Assembly (NCBI RefSeq): GCF_002915575.1
Contig: NZ_PQGD01000007.1
Span: 132,776 to 156,775, forward strand
DNA: 24,000 nucleotides
From: Superficieibacter electus
Lineage (GTDB): Bacteria > Pseudomonadota > Gammaproteobacteria > Enterobacterales > Enterobacteriaceae
Direction of reading: 5' to 3'
A program made the translations under genes and the position numbers. The notes below the pieces were generated by a model. That model was not told the DNA's origin. It did not search any database and saw only the letters and a list, made by a program, of their open reading frames with translations. Positions 17,226-24,000 of the stretch are shown one piece after another. The number at the start of each line of letters is the position of its first letter. Positions within the stretch are counted from its first letter, which is position 1.

Positions 17226-18020
17226 TCAGTAACCGACAGCGTCGAGAACGAACGATTGACTACAGTTGCCGGGATGCGGCTGCGGCAGAAAAGAGGTGGC
17301 GCTGAGCGGGGCGTTGATGGCGGACGATTTAATGGTTATTTGAATTTCTGTCAAATAAGCCGGATTACCGTTACAGGTGAGCTTAAAGGCATTGACATTC
17401 CTGACACCCCAGGCGCGGGCAATAGCGTAATTAAACGTCGCCCGGTCAATCGTTTTTCCGTAGTTTTCTGCGATAAACGCGCCCAGTGGGCTTTGTCTGA
17501 CCTCCTGATTAAGGCGCACCATCGTGGCGACCCAGGCATCGGGATCGAAACCAAAGCAGACGCCGTGTTTGGCATACTCATAACGTTCCAGGCAGGAGGT
17601 ACCGCCCGCGCCTGGCATGACGCCGTTAAGTTTATCGGCCATTTCCAGCGAAATGCCGGTCTCAGCCGCCTGGCATTTACGGTTAGCTCTGGCTTCCGGC
17701 ATGTTCGGGACGGGGCGTGAAGCGCAGCCAAACCGCATCCAGCGCCGGTCGTCAACGCCGCGCGAGGCTATTGATTTGGGCAGGCCCGGCCACAGGCCGT
17801 GAACGGTAAGAAACGTGGCTTTATCGTCACTCTCTTTTTGCAAACGACACTCGTCAGGCTCGTTACGCTGCCTGTCGTGCTGGCTCTGACAAAAGCCGGT
17901 CTGCCAGGAAAGCGCCAGTACGTAGCGGTCAAAATCAGCATAGCGGGTGGCGACAAGCGGTGTTGCACCCGCGCTGGCCGCGCACAGCAGCGTGACACAG
18001 GCGATACTCTTCCTGAACAT
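17226..18020 (-). CDS. rna: periplasmic ribonuclease I (RNase T2 family)
   Basis: 264 aa with an N-terminal signal peptide. T2 catalytic motifs FLTVHGLWPG and YEYAKHGVCFG. Collinear with E. coli RNase I. Confidence 0.93.
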   Translation of the reverse strand: MFRKSIACVTLLCAASAGATPLVATRYADFDRYVLALSWQTGFCQSQHDRQRNEPDECRLQKESDDKATFLTVHGLWPGLPKSIASRGVDDRRWMRFGCASRPVPNMPEARANRKCQAAETGISLEMADKLNGVMPGAGGTSCLERYEYAKHGVCFGFDPDAWVATMVRLNQEVRQSPLGAFIAENYGKTIDRATFNYAIARAWGVRNVNAFKLTCNGNPAYLTEIQITIKSSAINAPLSATSFLPQPHPGNCSQSFVLDAVGY

Positions 18021-18100
18021 TTGTGATCCTGATGGTCTGACTCAATTAATTTCTGAAGATTATTAAAGCACAAAATGACGGCATAAGGCGTGCCGGGAGG

Positions 18101-18130
18101 GAAAAAGCCCGGCGACGTGCGCCGCCGGGC
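18101..18130 (-). terminator. rho-independent terminator of dcuC
   Basis: The minus strand reads GCCCGGCG-gcgcacgt-CGCCGGGC (perfect 8-bp stem, 18107-18114 with 18123-18130) followed by TTTTTCC. Confidence 0.8.
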
Positions 18131-18136
18131 AAACAA

Positions 18137-19510
18137 TCAGGGCGTGGGCAAACCGGGAACGAGGATTTCTGTGGCCACAATCACCACAATCAGACCGACG
18201 ATAACCGGCACAGACGTGCGTTTCACCACTTCAAAAGGTGAAATTTTCGCCATCCCGGCCACCGCAACCACGACGCCGGAAACCGGGGAAATGGTGCGCC
18301 CGAGGTTAGATGCCTGCAGCATCGGAATCGACAGGTACGCCGGGTTGATGCCTGACTGGTGCGCCAGTTTGGGGATCATCTCTACAAAGGCGTAAAAAGG
18401 CGCGTTACCGGAGCCAGTGGTCATGGCCGCCAGCATGGTGAGTACCACCAGTACCAGCATCAGGATAATACTGGCTGAACCAAAGGAGGTGGCAATGGAG
18501 ATCAGACTCTGAATAAAGCCGATAGTGCTCAGCCCCTGTGCAAACACGCCCGCAGCGACCAGCAGCATGACCACGCTGGCAAAGGCATCCGCCATACCGC
18601 GCCAGGCAACATCCAGCCCGGAGAAGACCTTCTGAATATTAAAGCCGCGCAGGAATTCCAGTACCGCCGCCAGCAGCATGCAGATCACCAGAATGGCGAT
18701 AATATGCAGTTCCGGCCCCCATTTACCGTCGAAAATCAGTACGCCGATAATCGGTGTAAACGGCAGAATGGCGTAGAAGGACGGGGCGGTGGTGGTAATT
18801 TCGTTGACATCAAGCATCTCGTGAGTGATGTGCTCTTTCTTATCCAGATAACGCTGCCAGAAGAAATGGGCAATCGCCATACTGATAATGGCAGCGATCG
18901 AAATAGGAAGCGTGGTTTTAAAGGCAAAATCAATCAGCGGCATTTCGGCGGCTTTTGCCGCCAGTACTACGTCACCCGAGGTCGGAGAGAGAATAATCGC
19001 GGCCGGAGAGGCGCAAATAGCGGCGGCAGCACCGCGGCTAATGCCAACGTTGACCATCACCGGGAACAGTGTTGCCATCAGCAGCACACCCAGCCCGGTG
19101 GCAGAGGAGACGGCAAGCGACATCAGGCAGGCAACGAAATAGGCGGCAATCATTAAAATATAGGGGGAGTTGATATAGCGTAGCGGTTTAGAGGCCAGCT
19201 TAACCACCATATCATTGGCACCAATATGCGTCATGTAGGCGGCAAATCCGCACAGCATCATGATCATCATCCCGAGGTCGCCACCCCGGCTCATCAACAG
19301 GATTTTGATATATTCGACGATATCGGTAGCGGAATAGCCCGTGCTGGGATTAGCTGCGGGTAAAATTTGATGTCCCAGAATGGCGCTGAGGATCAGCAAC
19401 AACAGGCCACCGACAAACAGTACGCCGGTAGCAGAATAACCTTTGATGATGTATCGGGCGACGCCGACAATCACCACTACTCCGATAAGGAGTTCAATAA
19501 ACGTTAACAT
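18137..19510 (-). CDS. dcuC: anaerobic C4-dicarboxylate transporter DcuC
   Basis: From ATG 19510 the sequence is MLTFIELLIGVVVIVGVARYIIKGYSATGVLFVGGLLLL..., near-identical to E. coli DcuC over most of its length. SD AGGTG. The ORF-track start at 19519 is a GTG three codons upstream. Confidence 0.93.
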   Translation of the reverse strand: MLTFIELLIGVVVIVGVARYIIKGYSATGVLFVGGLLLLILSAILGHQILPAANPSTGYSATDIVEYIKILLMSRGGDLGMMIMMLCGFAAYMTHIGANDMVVKLASKPLRYINSPYILMIAAYFVACLMSLAVSSATGLGVLLMATLFPVMVNVGISRGAAAAICASPAAIILSPTSGDVVLAAKAAEMPLIDFAFKTTLPISIAAIISMAIAHFFWQRYLDKKEHITHEMLDVNEITTTAPSFYAILPFTPIIGVLIFDGKWGPELHIIAILVICMLLAAVLEFLRGFNIQKVFSGLDVAWRGMADAFASVVMLLVAAGVFAQGLSTIGFIQSLISIATSFGSASIILMLVLVVLTMLAAMTTGSGNAPFYAFVEMIPKLAHQSGINPAYLSIPMLQASNLGRTISPVSGVVVAVAGMAKISPFEVVKRTSVPVIVGLIVVIVATEILVPGLPTP

Positions 19511-19609
19511 TATTATCACCTGTGACGTGGTAACCCAGAGAAAATCCTGCCTGAACAGTAATATGTAAATAATCTGCGGGAAATGTGCCGAAAAAATGGA
19601 CGAAATGTG

Positions 19610-19623
19610 CTGATAAAAATCAA
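19610..19623. promoter_or_regulatory. FNR/CRP-type palindrome upstream of dcuC
   Basis: cTGAT-aaaa-ATCAA matches 9 of the 10 specified positions of TTGAT-n4-ATCAA. It is centred about 106 nt upstream of the dcuC ATG. E. coli dcuC is known to be FNR-dependent. Confidence 0.4.
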
Positions 19624-19863
19624 TAAACGCGTGATTAGAAAGCGCGGTGAGTATAATTCATTCGTGTCGTCAGTGGCAGATGAAATATTCATTTTGTGAA
19701 TATGCATATGCTGCAAATATGATATTGATATGCTAAATAAAAGTTAATATTGGTTGAAATGTGGTCTTAATTAAATCGAAACGTAAATAAGCTAAAAATT
19801 GCTTTAATTTAAAAAAGCAGGCTGCGTATACTCGCCTCACCATTCATTGATTTGTGAAATGAT

Positions 19864-20253
19864 ATGCACGCCTGCTGGAGCAACCGTCTGCGCTTTGTGA
19901 AAAAGCATCTGCTGATGCTTTTACTGGCGTTTGGCTGGCTGCTGCTCCAGAGCCAGATGGCGCTTGCATCACATGATTGTGCCATTACCCCACAGGGTGA
20001 AACGGTCATGATGCAGCATCTTGATCACCAGATGACGCATTCCCAGGTCGCGAAAGCACCGCTGTGTGATAAACATTGCATTCCTGACACGGCGCAAAAA
20101 ATCGATCATCCGCCGCTGGTTGCGCTGCCAGTCGCGATCGTGCTTGCGGTGACACCGCTGCCGTGTCAGACCGCGCCGTACGGCGAGTGGTCGTTAACGC
20201 CACCCGCGGTTGGTCCTCCCGCCACCATCCGTTTCTGCCGCTTTAGAGAGTAA
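19864..20253 (+). CDS. small secreted Cys/His-rich protein, possibly CzcI/CusD/CopL-like metal-binding accessory protein
   Basis: 129 aa. Signal-peptide-like N-terminus (NRLRFVKKH + LLMLLLAFGWLLLQSQMALA|SH). Motifs HDC, HLDHQMTH and CDKHC. C-terminus PPATIRFCRFRE resembles the CzcI-type tail. It sits directly upstream of cusF and co-oriented with it. No clear SD. Confidence 0.5.
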   Translation: MHACWSNRLRFVKKHLLMLLLAFGWLLLQSQMALASHDCAITPQGETVMMQHLDHQMTHSQVAKAPLCDKHCIPDTAQKIDHPPLVALPVAIVLAVTPLPCQTAPYGEWSLTPPAVGPPATIRFCRFRE

Positions 20254-20307
20254 GCAACTGATAACACGTAATTTTTTATCTTAAATTCACGATTATCAGG
20301 AGTTGCT

Positions 20308-20625
20308 ATGTCTATTTTTTTCCGCGCGCTGGCTGGCGTGCTGCTCGGTTTGTCCCTTCTCAGTGCGCAGGCGCACGATCATCAGCATGCCGCCGCCGCA
20401 GGTCCGGTGTATCACGCCCAGGGCATCATCAAAAAAATTACCCCTCAAACGGTGACTATCGCGCATCAGGCGATTACCGATCTTCACTGGCCGCCCATGA
20501 CCATGCAGTTTGCCCTGCCGTCCAGTGGCGAAGGTACCTCACTGCATCCCGGTGATAACGTCGATTTCACTTTTGTGCAGGGTGAGGCATGCTACCAGAT
20601 TGTTTCACTGACCGCGCTGCGCTGA
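20308..20625 (+). CDS. cusF: periplasmic Cu(I)/Ag(I) metallochaperone CusF
   Basis: 105 aa. Signal peptide ending SAQA|HDHQH. The CusF metal site is conserved in IAHQAITDLHWPPMTMQF (His, Trp, Met-x-Met). SD AGGAG upstream. Confidence 0.85.
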   Translation: MSIFFRALAGVLLGLSLLSAQAHDHQHAAAAGPVYHAQGIIKKITPQTVTIAHQAITDLHWPPMTMQFALPSSGEGTSLHPGDNVDFTFVQGEACYQIVSLTALR

Positions 20626-20637
20626 TCCGGAGGCCAT

Positions 20638-21894
20638 ATGAAAATCCCTGCGCTGAGCCTGTGGCTCGGCGGGGTCTTGCTCGGTCTGGTTCACGTCACT
20701 GCCCTGGCAGAGTCGTGGACCCTCGCGCAAACCCAGGCCGCTGCCCGGCGCGATTATGCCGGACTTTCCGCCAGTCATAACGAAGCCCGCGCGCTGACGT
20801 CGATGGCGACTTCTGCCCGCGAATTGCCGGACCCTAAGCTGAAATTTGGTATTGAAAACCTGCCCGTGCAGGGCAGTAACGATCGCCGCTTTACCCGCGA
20901 AGGCATGACGATGCAGCGCATTGGTGTGATGCAGCGCTATGTCAGCAGCGAGAAGCGTGAACGCAAGGCGCTGACCCTGGAGGCGCAGGCGCAAAGCGTG
21001 ACGGCCCAGTCAGCGGCGATTGAGGCAGCGCTTCAGCGCGACGCTGCCCGGGCGTGGCTGGATCTGGCGCTGTCAGAAAAGGCATTGGCGACGGCGCAGC
21101 GGGTGGTGGCGGAAACTACCCGCCAGCAGTCGGCGCAAACGGTGAGCGTCGGTACCGGTGGCGCGATGCCCGATAGCGTACCGGCGCTACAAATGACGCT
21201 CAGTGCGATGCGCGATGAGGTCACGCTGGCGGAACGCGACGTGCAGCTTGCCCGCGCCCAATTAGTGCAGCTCACCGGCGAGCCGGTGACGGCCATCGCC
21301 GGGGCGCTCCCGCCTTATCAGCGTTTACCCGCCGATGAAAAATCGCTTCTGGAGGGCATTACGCTGCATCCGGAAGTGATCGCCGCCGCCCGCGAGGCGG
21401 ATACCGCCACATCACGCTCGGCACAGTCGGCGATTGCGGCTATTCCGGATGTCGAGGTGGAGCTGTACTACGCCCACCGTGCCGAAGGATACGACGATAT
21501 GGCCGGAGTGATGTTTACCGTGGACCTGCCGTTGTTCCAGTCGCGCCGTCAGGATAACGATCATGCCGCAGATGTGGCGCTTTCGATGCAAGCGAACGAT
21601 CGCATGGCGCAGACCGTGCGGGAACATACCGCCCAACTTAGCGCGCTGATTGCCGGGTATCAGGCGGCGCAAACCCTCTGGTTGCGCCAGCGTGATGACA
21701 TTCTCCCCTTACAGCAGCGCCGGCTGGCGTTGTTAACCGCACAGTATCACGCCGGGCAATCATCGCTTTCTGCACTGCTGTCAGCGCGTCGCGACCTGCT
21801 TACCAGCGAACTGGCCGCCAATAAAGCGGAAAAAGAGGTTGCCCGTAACTGGGCGGCGATCCGCTGGTTGATCCCTCAGGAGATAACACAATGA
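20638..21894 (+). CDS. cusC: outer-membrane efflux factor (TolC/CzcC-like; no lipobox)
   Basis: 418 aa. Signal peptide MKIPALSLWLGGVLLGLVHVTALA with no Cys, so it is not a lipoprotein, unlike E. coli CusC. Two-repeat OMF-like sequence. SD GGAGG. Its stop overlaps the cusB start (ATGA at 21891-21894). The symbol reflects operon position only. Confidence 0.8.
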   Translation: MKIPALSLWLGGVLLGLVHVTALAESWTLAQTQAAARRDYAGLSASHNEARALTSMATSARELPDPKLKFGIENLPVQGSNDRRFTREGMTMQRIGVMQRYVSSEKRERKALTLEAQAQSVTAQSAAIEAALQRDAARAWLDLALSEKALATAQRVVAETTRQQSAQTVSVGTGGAMPDSVPALQMTLSAMRDEVTLAERDVQLARAQLVQLTGEPVTAIAGALPPYQRLPADEKSLLEGITLHPEVIAAAREADTATSRSAQSAIAAIPDVEVELYYAHRAEGYDDMAGVMFTVDLPLFQSRRQDNDHAADVALSMQANDRMAQTVREHTAQLSALIAGYQAAQTLWLRQRDDILPLQQRRLALLTAQYHAGQSSLSALLSARRDLLTSELAANKAEKEVARNWAAIRWLIPQEITQ

Positions 21895-23324
21895 AAAAAG
21901 GAATACTGGCGGCGCTAATCCTCGCCGCTTTCGCCTCCGGCGCGGGATATTACGCAGGGAAAAAAGCATCACCCTCTGATGCGCAACCCGCAGCGCAGAC
22001 AGAACGAAAAGTGCTCTACTGGTACGATCCTATGGTTCCCGACCGACGTTTTGATAAACCCGGCAAGTCGCCGTTTATGGATATGCCGCTGGTGGCCCGC
22101 TATGCCGATGAAGCCCCCGCCGAAGGCGGCGTGACGATCAGCGCCCAGCAGCAGCAGAATCTCGGTATGAAAGTCGCGATGGTCGAAAAACGGCAACTAA
22201 CGGCGGATTTCTCCGCGTTTGCCACCGTCACCACCGACGAACGTAGTCTGCGTATCATCCCGTCCCCCGCCTCCGGGGTGGTGGAAAAACTGTATGTGCG
22301 TGCGCCGCAACAGTGGGTAAAAGCGGGCGAGCCGCTGGCACGGTTGTGGATACCAGACTGGACGGTGGCGCAGCAGGAATATCTGGCGATACGGCAGCTT
22401 GGCGATGCCGCCCTGACCCGCGCCGCGCGCGAGCGGCTGGGTTTGCAGTTTATGCCTGCGGCCATTATTCGTGAGCTGGAACGCAGCGGCCAGCCGCAAA
22501 CGCGCATGACCCTGCGCGCAGAGCGGGCCGGTTTTGTGGCAAAACTGGAAACCCGTGAAGGCGCACAGGTCACCGCTACTGCGCCACTGTTTGAACTGGC
22601 TTCGCTCGATCCGGTATGGCTGATTGTTGATTACCCACAACATCAGGCTGCCTTGCTAACGCCGGGACGCGAGGTTATTGCAGTTTCTGATAGCTGGCCC
22701 GGCGAGCAATTTCACGGAAAAGTGAGTGAACTGTTGCCCCAGCTTGAAACCACCACCCGCACGTTGCGGGCGCGTATCGTGCTGGAGAATCCGCAGCAAA
22801 AACTCAAACCCGGCATGTTTTTAACCGTCAAGGGTGAATCCGCGACGCGGGGATCAGCCGTGCTGGCGGTACCGGAGGAGTCGATTATTGCCACCGGGAA
22901 GACGACCCGCGTGCTGCTGGCCGATGATAAAGGACACTTCAGGCCCGTGAGTGTCACCGTCGGTACCACCGCCGATGGCTGGACGGAGATCGTAGACGGT
23001 CTGCAGGAAGGCCAACGGGTGGTCACCTCCGGCCAGTTCCTGATCGATTCTGAAGCCAGCCTGCGTAGTGCGCTACCGGAACAGGCTGCGGTTAAAACCT
23101 ATGAAACCACGGGCGTTGTTCAGGCGCTGGACGGCAACACCATTACCCTTGCACATCAGCCGGTGCCTGAACTCAACTGGAGGGCGATGACCATGGACTT
23201 TACGCTTAGTCAGCCCGCCACCGCGATCAGGGTGGGTGACAGCGTGATGTTTAGTTTTACGCTGGATGATGCGCAGGGCGCAACGATCGTCCACCTGATG
23301 CCGGCCGGGGAGGGGATGAAATGA
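21891..23324 (+). CDS. cusB: HME-RND membrane fusion protein with C-terminal CusF-like domain (SilB-like architecture)
   Basis: 477 aa. N-terminal anchor. Metal-binding region [29 protein letters not shown] core. Residues from about 404 (nt 23100-23324), [10 protein letters not shown]...[18 protein letters not shown], repeat the CusF His/Trp/Met-x-Met site. Confidence 0.9.
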   Translation: MKKGILAALILAAFASGAGYYAGKKASPSDAQPAAQTERKVLYWYDPMVPDRRFDKPGKSPFMDMPLVARYADEAPAEGGVTISAQQQQNLGMKVAMVEKRQLTADFSAFATVTTDERSLRIIPSPASGVVEKLYVRAPQQWVKAGEPLARLWIPDWTVAQQEYLAIRQLGDAALTRAARERLGLQFMPAAIIRELERSGQPQTRMTLRAERAGFVAKLETREGAQVTATAPLFELASLDPVWLIVDYPQHQAALLTPGREVIAVSDSWPGEQFHGKVSELLPQLETTTRTLRARIVLENPQQKLKPGMFLTVKGESATRGSAVLAVPEESIIATGKTTRVLLADDKGHFRPVSVTVGTTADGWTEIVDGLQEGQRVVTSGQFLIDSEASLRSALPEQAAVKTYETTGVVQALDGNTITLAHQPVPELNWRAMTMDFTLSQPATAIRVGDSVMFSFTLDDAQGATIVHLMPAGEGMK

Positions 23325-24000
23325 TTGCTGCCGTTATTCGTGCCTCGCTGCGCAACCGCCTGCTGGTCATCCTCGCCGCCATTGGGATGGCTATCTGGGG
23401 ATTATGGGCAGTCCAGCGCGCGCCGCTGGATGCGCTACCGGATCTCTCGGATGTTCAGGTCATTGTGCGCGCCAGCTATCCGGGCAAAGCGCCGCAGATT
23501 ATTGAAGATCAGGTGACATGGCCGTTGACCACCTCAATGCTGTCGGTGCCGGGGGCAAAAACCGTGCGCGGCTATTCCATGTTTGGCGATGCTTATGTTT
23601 ACGTGCTGTTTGCGGATGGGGTTGATGTGTACTGGGCGCGCTCGCGGGTGCTGGAATACTTAAGCCAGATTCAGTCGCAACTGCCGGAAGGTGTATCAGT
23701 GACGCTGGGACCGGATGCTACCGGTGTTGGATGGATATATGAATATACGCTGGTGGATAGCACAGGTGCTCACAGCCTGGCCGAGTTACGTGCGCTTCAG
23801 GACTGGACGCTGCGCTACGAATTAAAAACGGTACCCAACGTTTCTGAAGTGGCAAGCGTGGGCGGGATGGTGAAACAGTATCAGGTGATCCCCGATCCGA
23901 CGCGAATGCGGGCACTGAATATTACCCATCAACAACTGATTGACGCACTGAAAGCGGCGAATCAGGAGAGCGGTGGCGCACTGCTGGAGATGGGCGAAGC
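23321..24000 (+). CDS. cusA: HME-RND inner-membrane pump, N-terminal part (3' end outside the window)
   Basis: The ATG at 23321 overlaps the cusB stop (ATGA). The translation [90 protein letters not shown]... is collinear with E. coli CusA. The frame is open to the window end, so it is missing from the ORF track. Confidence 0.92.
   Translation, partial: MIAAVIRASLRNRLLVILAAIGMAIWGLWAVQRAPLDALPDLSDVQVIVRASYPGKAPQIIEDQVTWPLTTSMLSVPGAKTVRGYSMFGDAYVYVLFADGVDVYWARSRVLEYLSQIQSQLPEGVSVTLGPDATGVGWIYEYTLVDSTGAHSLAELRALQDWTLRYELKTVPNVSEVASVGGMVKQYQVIPDPTRMRALNITHQQLIDALKAANQESGGALLEMGE

Noticed and set aside
17163-17755. 185-aa plus-strand ORF and 134-aa alternative-frame ORF over rna
   Set aside because: The RNase I frame carries both T2 catalytic motifs. 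The competing ORFs have none and lack ribosome-binding sites.
19516-19716. 66-aa minus-strand ORF ending 5 nt before the dcuC ATG (possible upstream or leader ORF)
   Set aside because: It lies in AT-rich promoter DNA and spans the FNR-like site. It has no SD and an implausible sequence. It is more likely a chance ORF, though Ribo-seq could revisit it.
22100-22643. 157-aa and 148-aa minus-strand ORFs inside cusB
   Set aside because: They are antisense to a gene with clear MFP and CusF-like signatures. Their composition is Arg/Ser/Ala-rich.
1-24000. Window-wide scan for CRISPR arrays, IS or transposase genes, integrases, toxin-antitoxin pairs, rRNA and tRNA
   Set aside because: I saw no regularly spaced direct repeats, no transposase- or integrase-like ORFs, and no structured RNA gene signatures. 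The only repeat-family element found is the ERIC core at 5915-5958.

Overview
Enterobacterial chromosomal segment. The proteins closely resemble E. coli K-12 orthologues as I recall them, but the gene order differs. No searches were run; every family call rests on motifs read in the ORF translations.

Left to right:
- 3' end of mtnA, then ybdL (methionine aminotransferase).
- Minus-strand ybdO-ybdN-ybdM cluster: LysR regulator, PP-loop/PAPS-reductase-like protein, ParB/Srx-like protein.
- A 669-bp AT-rich ORF-free region ending in an OxyR-type site.
- ahpC, an ERIC repeat and terminator, ahpF, then uspG and rnk.
- A block of about 8.3 kb: PFE-like arylesterase, the AraC regulator ypdC, and the fryB-fryC-ypdF-ypdE-fryA PTS/peptidase operon.
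- rna (RNase I) and dcuC.
- The start of an atypical Cu/Ag-type HME-RND efflux cluster: Cys/His-rich small secreted protein, cusF, a non-lipoprotein outer-membrane factor, cusB carrying a C-terminal CusF-like domain, and the cusA 5' end.

I saw no CRISPR array, IS element or transposase, integrase, tRNA or rRNA.

The best candidate for an under-described system is the translationally coupled ybdN/ybdM pair (IbrA/IbrB-like, resembling DndC/DndB logic), which sits downstream of a strongly AT-rich regulator gene. Secondary candidates are the PTS operon with two embedded aminopeptidases and the variant cus/czc-like cluster. None can be shown to be novel from sequence alone.
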